This document shows, piece by piece, positions 56,767 to 64,000 of a stretch of DNA of 64,000 nucleotides (the first letter of the stretch is position 1; each line of letters begins with the position of its first letter). The notes below the pieces were generated by a model, which made no database searches, was not told the DNA's origin, and saw only the letters and a program-made list of their open reading frames with translations. A program made the translations under genes and the position numbers. Source of the stretch: an uncultured Desulfurococcales archaeon (lineage in GTDB: Archaea; Thermoproteota; Thermoprotei_A; Sulfolobales; CAZFJX01); NCBI GenBank assembly GCA_964519505.1, contig CAZFJX010000006.1, positions 29,899 to 93,898 of the forward strand. Reading direction: 5' to 3'.

Positions 56767-58050
56767 GTGGTTTGTGTGTCCGAAAAAACATCTAGATTGC
56801 CTGGTTTCTATAAGTTGAGTATTGATGAGAGGTTAAAGATTGTTAAAGAATTTGCTGGACTTACTGATGAGGAGGTTAAGCTACTTAGCAACTTCGGTAA
56901 TTTAGGTGCTGATAAGGCTAACGTAATGATTGAGAACGTTATTGGTGGTATGACTTACCCCTTCGCTGTGGCCGTTAACTTCTTAATTAATGGCAAGGAA
57001 TACCTAGTTCCTATGGTACTTGAAGAACCGTCGGTGGTTGCTGCTGCTAGTAATGCCGCTAAAGTTATGAGGCGTGATGGCGGTATTAAGGCGAAGGCCA
57101 CAGACCCAATAATGATTGGTCAGATACAGGTCATTAACGTACCAAGTCCCCACCATGCTAGAATGATTGTTCTCGAACATAGGGATGAAATACTTGACCT
57201 AGCCAACGCCCAAGATCCTATACTAGTTAAGTTAGGTGGTGGTGCTAAAGATGTTGAGGTACGCGTCGTTAACTCACGTATAGGGCCTATGCTCATAGTT
57301 CACTTACTAGTTGATGTTAGAGATGCTATGGGTGCTAATGCAGTTAATACTATGTGTGAAGCTGTAGCCCCCCTCATTGAGAAATTAACTAAGGGTAAAG
57401 TACTGCTAAGGATAATCTCTAATTTAGCCGTTAAGAGATTAGTTAGGGCTTGGGTTAAGGTGTATAAGGAGGATATAGGTGGTGAAGACGTTGTTGATAG
57501 GATAGTTGCTGCATCAGCCTTTGCTGAGGCAGACCCGTTTAGAGCAACTACCCACAATAAGGGAATACTTAATGGCGTTATAGCAGTAGCTTTAGCTACT
57601 GCCCAAGATCATAGAGCTATAGAGGCTGGAGCGCACGCCTACGCGGCTAGAGACGGTAGGTACAAACCCCTATCTATATGGGAGAAAGACGATGAAGGTA
57701 ACTTAGTTGGTTTCTTAGAGATGCCTATGGCTGTAGGCATAGTTGGCGGCGCCACTAAGACGCACCCAACTGCGCGTATAGCGTTAAAGATACTAGGTGT
57801 TAAGTCAGCCAAGGAGTTAGCTGAGGTTATGGGAGCTGTCGGGCTAGCACAGAACTTCGCTGCCTTAAGGGCCCTAGCAACTGTAGGTATTCAAAAAGGA
57901 CATATGAAGCTGCATGCTAGGAACTTAGCCATAATGGCAGGTGCTGAAGGCGAGTTAATAGATAAGGTAGCTGAGAGAATGATTGAGGAAGGTAAAATAA
58001 CTTACGCACGCGCTGTAGAAATACTTAAGGAGCTAAAGGGAGAGGAATAG
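56767..58050 (+). CDS. hmgA: Hydroxymethylglutaryl-CoA reductase, class II type
   Basis: Class II signatures MIENVIGGMTYPFAVAVNFLINGKEYLVPMVLEEPSVVAAASNAAK, DAMGANAVNTMCE, THNKGILNG, GIQKGHMKLHARN. 427 aa. The class I TTEGxLVAS motif is absent. Confidence 0.9.
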   Translation: MVCVSEKTSRLPGFYKLSIDERLKIVKEFAGLTDEEVKLLSNFGNLGADKANVMIENVIGGMTYPFAVAVNFLINGKEYLVPMVLEEPSVVAAASNAAKVMRRDGGIKAKATDPIMIGQIQVINVPSPHHARMIVLEHRDEILDLANAQDPILVKLGGGAKDVEVRVVNSRIGPMLIVHLLVDVRDAMGANAVNTMCEAVAPLIEKLTKGKVLLRIISNLAVKRLVRAWVKVYKEDIGGEDVVDRIVAASAFAEADPFRATTHNKGILNGVIAVALATAQDHRAIEAGAHAYAARDGRYKPLSIWEKDDEGNLVGFLEMPMAVGIVGGATKTHPTARIALKILGVKSAKELAEVMGAVGLAQNFAALRALATVGIQKGHMKLHARNLAIMAGAEGELIDKVAERMIEEGKITYARAVEILKELKGEE

Positions 58051-58070
58051 TTTTACACCTAGAATACACT

Positions 58071-59051
58071 TTATTTTTTACCTAGGTAACTTAGTAATGA
58101 TTCTGGCGTAAAAAATACTGTTGCTAAAGCTCCATAAAGAACCACATCATCACCTAAGGATGTTTTAATTATCTTAGGCATTCTATTAATTAAGTATTTT
58201 TTAGTGTATTTAACTATAGGTCTGTAAAGTAGGTCGTAATTATTTAGGAATACAGAGCCACCGATGGTTACTAACTCAGGGTCATAAACATTAATAACGC
58301 TAGCTACGCCTGCGGCATAAACTCTACATAACTCCTTAAACACCTTTAGGGCTACATAATCACCCTCCCTAACTCTCATAAAGAATTCTTTAGCATTAAT
58401 ACCAAGCCATTCGTTACTTACCTTTAATCTCTTTCGTTTAGTGATTAACTTAATGAAGTTAGGTATGTTTGCTCCTGAAGCATAACCTTCCCAATGCCCA
58501 TAACCACCACAACCGCATTTAAGTCTGGACTTATAGTCAATGACTATATGACCTATCTCATGGGCATTACCGTCCTTGCCTAGGAGTAAATGGTCATCAA
58601 CTATGACCCCACCACCGATACCTGTGCTTATAGTTATGTAAACCAAATTCCTGACCCCCTTACCAGCACCGTAATGCTTCTCCCCCCAAACACCAGCTAC
58701 ACAGTCGTTAAGTAGGTACGTAGGTATGTTAAAGTACTCACGTATAGGCCCCACAATGAATGAGTTCTTTATTTTTATATTTGGTGTATTAACTATTCTT
58801 CCTTCCCTGAGGTTTAAAGGACCTATAGAACCTATACCAACGCCCTTAACTCTCTTGAGGTATTTGTAAGGTATGAACTCATCTATTAACTTAATTATGT
58901 AATTAGCTATGGTGTATTCATCACCTTCTTGAGGCGTTCTTTCCTTCACCTTTATTAAGAACCTACCCTTTCTATTCCCTAACCCCAGCCTTATGTATGT
59001 AGCCCCTATATCTATCGCGATACCTAAAGGTTGCGTAACGCTCATGAACAC
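58071..59051 (-). CDS. ROK-family sugar kinase (glucokinase-like)
   Basis: N-terminal ATPase motif IAIDIGATYIR, ROK signature and zinc motif HEIGH...CGCGGYGHWE. Confidence 0.8.
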   Translation of the reverse strand: MFMSVTQPLGIAIDIGATYIRLGLGNRKGRFLIKVKERTPQEGDEYTIANYIIKLIDEFIPYKYLKRVKGVGIGSIGPLNLREGRIVNTPNIKIKNSFIVGPIREYFNIPTYLLNDCVAGVWGEKHYGAGKGVRNLVYITISTGIGGGVIVDDHLLLGKDGNAHEIGHIVIDYKSRLKCGCGGYGHWEGYASGANIPNFIKLITKRKRLKVSNEWLGINAKEFFMRVREGDYVALKVFKELCRVYAAGVASVINVYDPELVTIGGSVFLNNYDLLYRPIVKYTKKYLINRMPKIIKTSLGDDVVLYGALATVFFTPESLLSYLGKK

Positions 59052-59115
59052 CCCTAACGTAATATTTTAACTATCGCTTTATTAATGTAGTAATATACTT
59101 AAACATGGTGATAAC

Positions 59116-59763
59116 ATGTTAATTAGATGGCATGGGCATGCATGCTTCGAGCTTAGATCTGAGAAAGGTGTTACTGTAGTTATTGATCCTCATGATGGCT
59201 ATAGTTTAGGTATAGAACCACCTGATGTTAAAGCTGACTACATACTTATTACCCACGAACACTTTGACCATAACGCAGCTAACGTGGTAGCTAAGCCTAC
59301 AGCTAAGATAGTTAGGATGAGAAGTGGTGAATTCTCACTTAATGATATTAAGGTGGTTGGTGTTAGGGCATACCACGATAGAGTTAGGGGCAGGAGAAGA
59401 GGTGAAGTGGTTATGTATAGATTGCTCATCGACGGTATCTACGTAACCCACCTAGGTGACTTAGGTCACGTACTTACAGAAGAGCAAATAAAGAAATTAA
59501 CACCAACTAATGTACTCCTGATACCAGTAGGTGGCACGTTCACTATAGAGCCTCACGAAGCTTGGGAAGTAGCCCGTGTCTTAAGGCCTAATATAGTAGT
59601 ACCTATGCATTATTGGGTTAGTGGCATGAACCTACCCTTAAAGCCTGTTGATAATTTCCTTAAGCTAGTGACTTGGGAGGTAATTAAGCTAGGTGCTAGA
59701 GAGTTTGAAATAACTAAAGAGTCATTACCCACAGAAAGTAGGGTATTCCTATTAAAGTACTAA
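59116..59763 (+). CDS. UPF0173-type metal-dependent hydrolase (MBL fold)
   Basis: MLIRWHGHACFEL start and ITHEHFDH motif, characteristic of the UPF0173 family. Confidence 0.8.
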   Translation: MLIRWHGHACFELRSEKGVTVVIDPHDGYSLGIEPPDVKADYILITHEHFDHNAANVVAKPTAKIVRMRSGEFSLNDIKVVGVRAYHDRVRGRRRGEVVMYRLLIDGIYVTHLGDLGHVLTEEQIKKLTPTNVLLIPVGGTFTIEPHEAWEVARVLRPNIVVPMHYWVSGMNLPLKPVDNFLKLVTWEVIKLGAREFEITKESLPTESRVFLLKY

Positions 59764-59770
59764 TACCGCC

Positions 59771-59962
59771 TTACTTAACCTCTATTATGTACTTTTTAGT
59801 ACTCCTACTCCTCCTCTTAGATACACTATACGTTAGCTCCCTCTTTAGTAACTCAACAAGTGCTTTCCTTATAACCTCAGACCTAGTATAACCTGTTTTT
59901 CTTGCGTACATATCAATCATTTCTAATAGGTCTTCATCTATCTTAAATGTAACAACACGCAC
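59771..59962 (-). CDS. Ribbon-helix-helix (CopG/Arc/MetJ-type) DNA-binding protein
   Basis: 63 aa. A beta strand (RVVTFKIDEDLLEMID) followed by two helices (GYTRSEVIRKALVELLKRE). Confidence 0.7.
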   Translation of the reverse strand: MRVVTFKIDEDLLEMIDMYARKTGYTRSEVIRKALVELLKRELTYSVSKRRSRSTKKYIIEVK

Positions 59963-60000
59963 TCACAGGCACCTAAGTAATATTTAGTCTAAGGAAAGTC

Positions 60001-60483
60001 TTGAAACTTACGGAGAAGGAGACTTCAAGAGAATTCTTAAACGAGTGTACATATAAATCGTATACTTTATATAGGGGTACTACAAGAGTAATCTTAGAGG
60101 CTAGAGAGCAAGTGCCGACGGTACATTTATCACTACCAGAACATGTTTATAGGGAGCTGAAAAAGCGAGCTGAAGGTTTAGGTATCCAAATAACCGACCT
60201 TATAAAGATGTATATTAATAACGGTATCCGTGGTATGGCGTTCTCCCTAGCTCCTAACGATGGTTTCGAGAGAATGGATGAGAGACTTATCTATATTGAA
60301 GGTAAGGTTACGCAGATATCTGAACTAATAAACTTCCTTGTAAGAAAGGTTAGGGAGTTAGAGGAGCGTATAGAGATTCTTGAAGGACCTGAAATAGTTC
60401 CTGACATAGTTTATGAGGAAAGGAGGCAAACATCTAATGAATATTCATCAAAAGTCGGTAGAAAGGTTACTCAGGTTCGTTAG
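60001..60483 (+). CDS. RHH-like protein with coiled-coil C-terminus
   Basis: Internal RHH-like segment VHLSLPEHVYRELKKRAEGLGIQITDLIKMYINNG, then a heptad-like VRKVRELEERIEILE. The true start may be the GTG near 60112. Confidence 0.45.
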   Translation: MKLTEKETSREFLNECTYKSYTLYRGTTRVILEAREQVPTVHLSLPEHVYRELKKRAEGLGIQITDLIKMYINNGIRGMAFSLAPNDGFERMDERLIYIEGKVTQISELINFLVRKVRELEERIEILEGPEIVPDIVYEERRQTSNEYSSKVGRKVTQVR

Positions 60484-60606
60484 TCGATCTATTGATCTTA
60501 ACTTAGTATCCCATAGCTTTCTAACTGTGAATACTTATAAATAGCTTGAAGATTAGTACCTTAAGATTTTATACCTCACCTTAGAGAAACTAATGAGGGA
60601 TCCAAA

Positions 60607-60849
60607 GTGAATTTAACGGAGCCCATACATGCTTATATACTGTTAACGGTTGCTTTAGGTAAGGAATACGACATTATTGAGAAAGCAAAAAGTATTCAAG
60701 GAGTCATTAACGCTAGGGTTGTTTATGGCGAGTATGATGTGGTTATTGAGGTCAGGGTAGGGTCGTTAAGAGAGCTTGATAAAGTCGTTAATGAGTTAAG
60801 GAGATTTCCTGAGATTATTAGGACGGTCACTTTAATAGCTTCAGGTTAG
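60607..60849 (+). CDS. Stand-alone Lrp/AsnC ligand-binding (RAM) domain protein
   Basis: 80 aa with the ferredoxin-like RAM pattern AYILLTV...I.GV..A..V.GEYDVVIEVRV.SLRELDKVV.ELRRFPEIIRTVTLIA. Confidence 0.7.
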   Translation: MNLTEPIHAYILLTVALGKEYDIIEKAKSIQGVINARVVYGEYDVVIEVRVGSLRELDKVVNELRRFPEIIRTVTLIASG

Positions 60850-60862
60850 TACTTAATGATGC

Positions 60863-61666
60863 TTAATCACCTCTAATCATTTTTACTAACTTAAGAATTA
60901 CGGGAATACACTCATCTGGCAACTTAGCTATTACTCTATCAATTACATCATCATTAAATGATAACCAAACAACACTATCAATATTTAATTGAGGTATGCA
61001 TGACAGCTCACTAACCAAGCGCCAAGCATTTATGGCCATACGTCTATATGTACCGCTAATGAGCCTATTAATTAACTTAGGGTGTTTAAGATTATTTACC
61101 TTCAGAAGCCCTGAGTTAAGCGTTGCTTTAGCTACGCGTACGTCTAGGGGTATAGGTACTTCCTTAGGAATACTTAACCATTCATTAAAGGATGCAAACC
61201 ACCCATAGTAAAACATTTTTACTGCAAAAACAACAGTCTTGCTATCCTTATTAGAGCCTAGTGAATTAGCTAGCAATAACCATAACCTCTTTAGGTCCCT
61301 TGAGTAAATACTTAAATTACTTATTAACTCATCAATAAAACCTAAATTCCTTAATTTAATTATCCTAGCCTTCTTCACCTCCTTAAATAACCTATTACAT
61401 TTAGAACTCTCCAAGAAGGATATTACGGCGCTTGAAGGGTCCTTATCACTTAAGTACCTAACCACCGACCTACTGAATTCCGCCCAGTAATCCTCCCCTT
61501 TACAGCTTAACCTATAACTAATAACTCCATTAAGCAACGAAACCACTGGCACAAGTTCAACATTCCTTAAAGATTTACTTAACTCCACAAGTGATTTTAA
61601 TTGAGGGTCTTCACGCTCTATAATATGTATGTGGTTAAGTCCTAATGACTTAAGTAAATTACCCAA
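60863..61666 (-). CDS. Archaeal 8-oxoguanine DNA glycosylase (AGOG-type N-glycosylase/DNA lyase)
   Basis: Matches remembered Pyrobaculum AGOG blocks: LLNGVISYRLSCKGEDYWAEF (cf. LNALISYRLTGKGEEHWEYF), KTVVFAVKMFYY (cf. KTLVFTIKILNY), PIPLDVRVAKAT (cf. PIPVDYRVARLT). TTG start. Confidence 0.75.
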   Translation of the reverse strand: MGNLLKSLGLNHIHIIEREDPQLKSLVELSKSLRNVELVPVVSLLNGVISYRLSCKGEDYWAEFSRSVVRYLSDKDPSSAVISFLESSKCNRLFKEVKKARIIKLRNLGFIDELISNLSIYSRDLKRLWLLLANSLGSNKDSKTVVFAVKMFYYGWFASFNEWLSIPKEVPIPLDVRVAKATLNSGLLKVNNLKHPKLINRLISGTYRRMAINAWRLVSELSCIPQLNIDSVVWLSFNDDVIDRVIAKLPDECIPVILKLVKMIRGD

Positions 61667-61715
61667 CTTAAACGCTACATCATTATTTACCTTAATGACT
61701 CAGTCACCTTATGCG

Positions 61716-62876
61716 TTAGTGAACACCTAAGTCTTTAGGTGCATACTTAGATAAGGACTTAAGGGCCAGTAACTTCTCTCTCTTACCTAACTTAGCTGAC
61801 TCAATAACATCCCTTAATTCTGAAATAACTTTAATCATTAACTCTCTCTTAACTGGGAATGGTATTCCGTCCTTACCGCCGACTGTAAACGCGTACTTAA
61901 ATGGGTCGTAAGGCTCCGTAGTGGGGTCCCTTAACGATGGTGGCTCCCTATATATTAACTCAGAAACAAGGCTTAACGCCCTAAAGACTTCAGGACCTAG
62001 ATTCCTCACTAATAAGGCTTCCTTAATGTCTTTGGGCTTTAACTCATAAGCCCTCATTAGCTTAGTCAGTAATGTGTGGGTAAGCCTTACGGGCCTATAA
62101 TAAGGTATGCTTCTGTCTATGGGTCTAACAAGCTCTGTACCTACTAAAGTCCTCACACCCTTAATTAACCTATTAACCTCATGAAGTAATCCATAGATCT
62201 TCTTTGGGGGTTCATTAAGTAAGTCAATAATTACTTTCTTACATTCCCTAGAGACTTTATCAGTTAGGTTTAAAGGCTTAACTACAGTATCAGAAGCTAC
62301 TCCCGTATGTGGTTCCTCTGAAAGGTCATTTGGTGTAATCTTAAACCATGCTATGTGGTATCTTCTAGCAATTCTTGACTCGGTATTCATTCCTTGCTGA
62401 ATAACTACCCACTCACCCTTATCACTAAATACTAATGCGTGATGGTAGAGTGCAAAACCATCTTGAAGGAGTACCGTATCTATTTTAGCCGTAAGTCTCG
62501 AAATATTAGTCAATTCACTAATCTTAGTCGCTGATAACCCTAATTTTTCACCATAAGTAGCTACCTCTTCAGGTGTTCTTAGTGATACCTTACCCTTACC
62601 TCCAGCTACCACTATACCTAAGTCACTATTCCTTAATACCTCCTTAATAATGGCCGTAGTTACAGTTGTTGAACCGCTACTATCCCAATCCATGCCTATG
62701 GCATTATTGAATGCTTGAAACCATAACGGGTTAGAGAGCCTCTCAAGTACCTTAGTGGTTCCATACTCAATCACCATGACCTCAAGTATAGCTTTAGCTA
62801 ACTTCTTCATAAGCTCAGCTAACCATCTAGGTACGTGGCCGTAATGTAGTGGTAAGTCCGCATACCCTAAGGACAT
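61716..62876 (-). CDS. DUF763-family protein
   Basis: The N-terminal signature GYADLPLHYGHVPRWLAELMKKLAKAI is as remembered for DUF763. 386 aa. 49 nt upstream of AGOG on the same strand. Confidence 0.6.
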   Translation of the reverse strand: MSLGYADLPLHYGHVPRWLAELMKKLAKAILEVMVIEYGTTKVLERLSNPLWFQAFNNAIGMDWDSSGSTTVTTAIIKEVLRNSDLGIVVAGGKGKVSLRTPEEVATYGEKLGLSATKISELTNISRLTAKIDTVLLQDGFALYHHALVFSDKGEWVVIQQGMNTESRIARRYHIAWFKITPNDLSEEPHTGVASDTVVKPLNLTDKVSRECKKVIIDLLNEPPKKIYGLLHEVNRLIKGVRTLVGTELVRPIDRSIPYYRPVRLTHTLLTKLMRAYELKPKDIKEALLVRNLGPEVFRALSLVSELIYREPPSLRDPTTEPYDPFKYAFTVGGKDGIPFPVKRELMIKVISELRDVIESAKLGKREKLLALKSLSKYAPKDLGVH

Positions 62877-62931
62877 TTACTTACTTCCCTACCATTAATG
62901 TAAGTCTTTAAAATGCTTTTAAGTATAGCTA

Positions 62932-64000
62932 TTAAGTAACGGTAACGTATTTAGCAACTAACTTTAGAAGTATAGGTGTTACTATTGAGGTTACGGCTGC
63001 CATTAATACAACGGCTGAGAAAAGCTCTAAAGTGAAGATCCCTAATGAATAGAAGGCACTAGCTATAGCCAGCTCCACGGCAGCCCTACTATTCATGGCT
63101 ATGCCTACAATTAGGGCTTCACCGTTAGTAAACCTAGATATCTTAGCTCCCAAGAAACCACCAAGTATCTTACCTACGAATGCCGCAACAATGACGGCCA
63201 AGATTAAATCAGATATTTGAGTAATTACTCTAAGATCTGTTTTTATGCCTATATATGAAAAGAATAATAGGGCGAAGAAAGCGAATGTGAAATCAAAGAT
63301 CTCGCCCTCAACTTTCCATGAAAGTAATCCCCTAAGTAACATACCAGCTATGAATACACCTATTATCTCATGCAGTGAGGCGACTCTAGCTAGCAACCCG
63401 AATAGGAATGCCAGTGATATAGCTAAGACTAATTGAGATGTTGGTGACCTAAAGTACTTATCAACAAATAGTCTAACCCTTAGGTGGGTACATACATACT
63501 TAGTAACTAAGAAACCCGAACCTATGAATAATGCGCTACTTAAAACCGAAAAAGCCGTTACGTGGAAAGCAACACTTCCTTCAGTAGCTAATGAGAAAGC
63601 TACCGACATAAGTATAAGTCCAATGACATCATCATCTATAGCGGCATTTATAACGGCTAGCCCTACCCTAGTCCTAAGCATCCTCAGATCCATGAGAACC
63701 CTAACACTAAGTCCTATGGCTGTTATAGAGAGAGACGTCCCTAAACCAAAGCACTGAATAAAGTTTAGTCCGTAAGCTATCCCGATACAATAACCTAAAG
63801 TAAAGGGAACTATGACGCCCATAACAGCTATTACGAACCCCTGCCTCCAATATTTAATGAACCTACCTAAATCAATTTCAAGACCTGCGGACATCATAAA
63901 GAAAACAACACCGAGAACGGCCAAGACCTCAAGCTCCTCTCTAGGAGTTATTAAGTTAAGAAGCGAAGGACCTAAAATAATGCCAGCAAGTAACTCACCA
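62932..64000 (-). CDS. Cation:proton antiporter (CPA2, Kef/NapA type), 5' truncated by window edge
   Basis: The frame continues beyond the annotated Met to the window end (GELLAGIILGPSLLNLITPREELEVLAVLGVVFFMMSAGLEIDL), the canonical Na_H_exchanger N-terminal motif. Polytopic membrane protein. Confidence 0.8.
   Translation of the reverse strand, partial: GELLAGIILGPSLLNLITPREELEVLAVLGVVFFMMSAGLEIDLGRFIKYWRQGFVIAVMGVIVPFTLGYCIGIAYGLNFIQCFGLGTSLSITAIGLSVRVLMDLRMLRTRVGLAVINAAIDDDVIGLILMSVAFSLATEGSVAFHVTAFSVLSSALFIGSGFLVTKYVCTHLRVRLFVDKYFRSPTSQLVLAISLAFLFGLLARVASLHEIIGVFIAGMLLRGLLSWKVEGEIFDFTFAFFALLFFSYIGIKTDLRVITQISDLILAVIVAAFVGKILGGFLGAKISRFTNGEALIVGIAMNSRAAVELAIASAFYSLGIFTLELFSAVVLMAAVTSIVTPILLKLVAKYVTVT

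Noticed and set aside
1-64000. Prophage, integrative element or IS
   Set aside because: No integrase, transposase, capsid/terminase-like genes or long terminal inverted or direct repeats were recognised. The only degraded or accessory-looking loci are the frameshifted ATPase and the 27.6-29.6 kb islet.

Overview
The window looks like chromosomal DNA from a moderately AT-rich, thermophilic crenarchaeote. This is inferred from archaea-specific families (archaemetzincin, AGOG glycosylase, PF01637-type 'archaeal ATPase', split LplA, indolepyruvate:ferredoxin oxidoreductase), TTTAWA-type TATA boxes 25-40 nt upstream of starts, frequent GTG/TTG starts and 4-nt gene overlaps. A Thermoproteales-like host (Caldivirga/Vulcanisaeta type) is a guess, not a database result. 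About 70 densely packed genes are supported. No rRNA, tRNA, CRISPR array, integrase or transposase was seen.

Main content, in window order:
- CUT1-type sugar ABC importer (5' truncated), GT4 glycosyltransferase and GalT
- split lipoate-protein ligase
- an operon of an unknown protein, MscS and an MFS transporter
- Hanks-type kinase and a radical-SAM protein
- PadR regulator divergent from a 1638-aa MMPL/RND exporter
- PfkB kinase, a BtpA-family protein and a three-subunit molybdenum hydroxylase
- sodium:solute symporter
- a small AT-rich accessory islet (minimal nucleotidyltransferase plus unknowns)
- nucleobase/nucleoside salvage island (nucleoside phosphorylase, HTH-PRTase, second BtpA, cytosine-deaminase-like amidohydrolase, NCS1 permease, Maf)
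- membrane-anchored extracellular S16 (Lon-like) protease
- RecJ-like DHH protein
- two adjacent BioB-related radical-SAM genes, then MeaB and QueT
- IOR, ACT-MgtE, class II HMG-CoA reductase, ROK kinase, RHH proteins, AGOG with DUF763, and a truncated CPA2 antiporter

Most interesting items that the ORF track does not explain:
1. Two candidate guide sRNAs sit side by side in the 47957-48143 intergenic gap. One is a C/D-box sRNA with canonical 12-nt spacing. The other is a GC-rich single-hairpin H/ACA sRNA with the ACA box 15 nt from the pocket.
2. The MMPL exporter carries a roughly 1040-aa sequon-rich extracytoplasmic insert. A perfect palindrome lies between its TATA box and its start codon.
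3. The adjacent radical-SAM pair is a candidate two-protein LipS1/LipS2-type lipoyl synthase.
4. The HMG-CoA reductase is a bacterial-type class II enzyme.
5. An archaeal ATPase gene is frameshifted.

All functional calls rest on motif recognition by eye. No searches were run.
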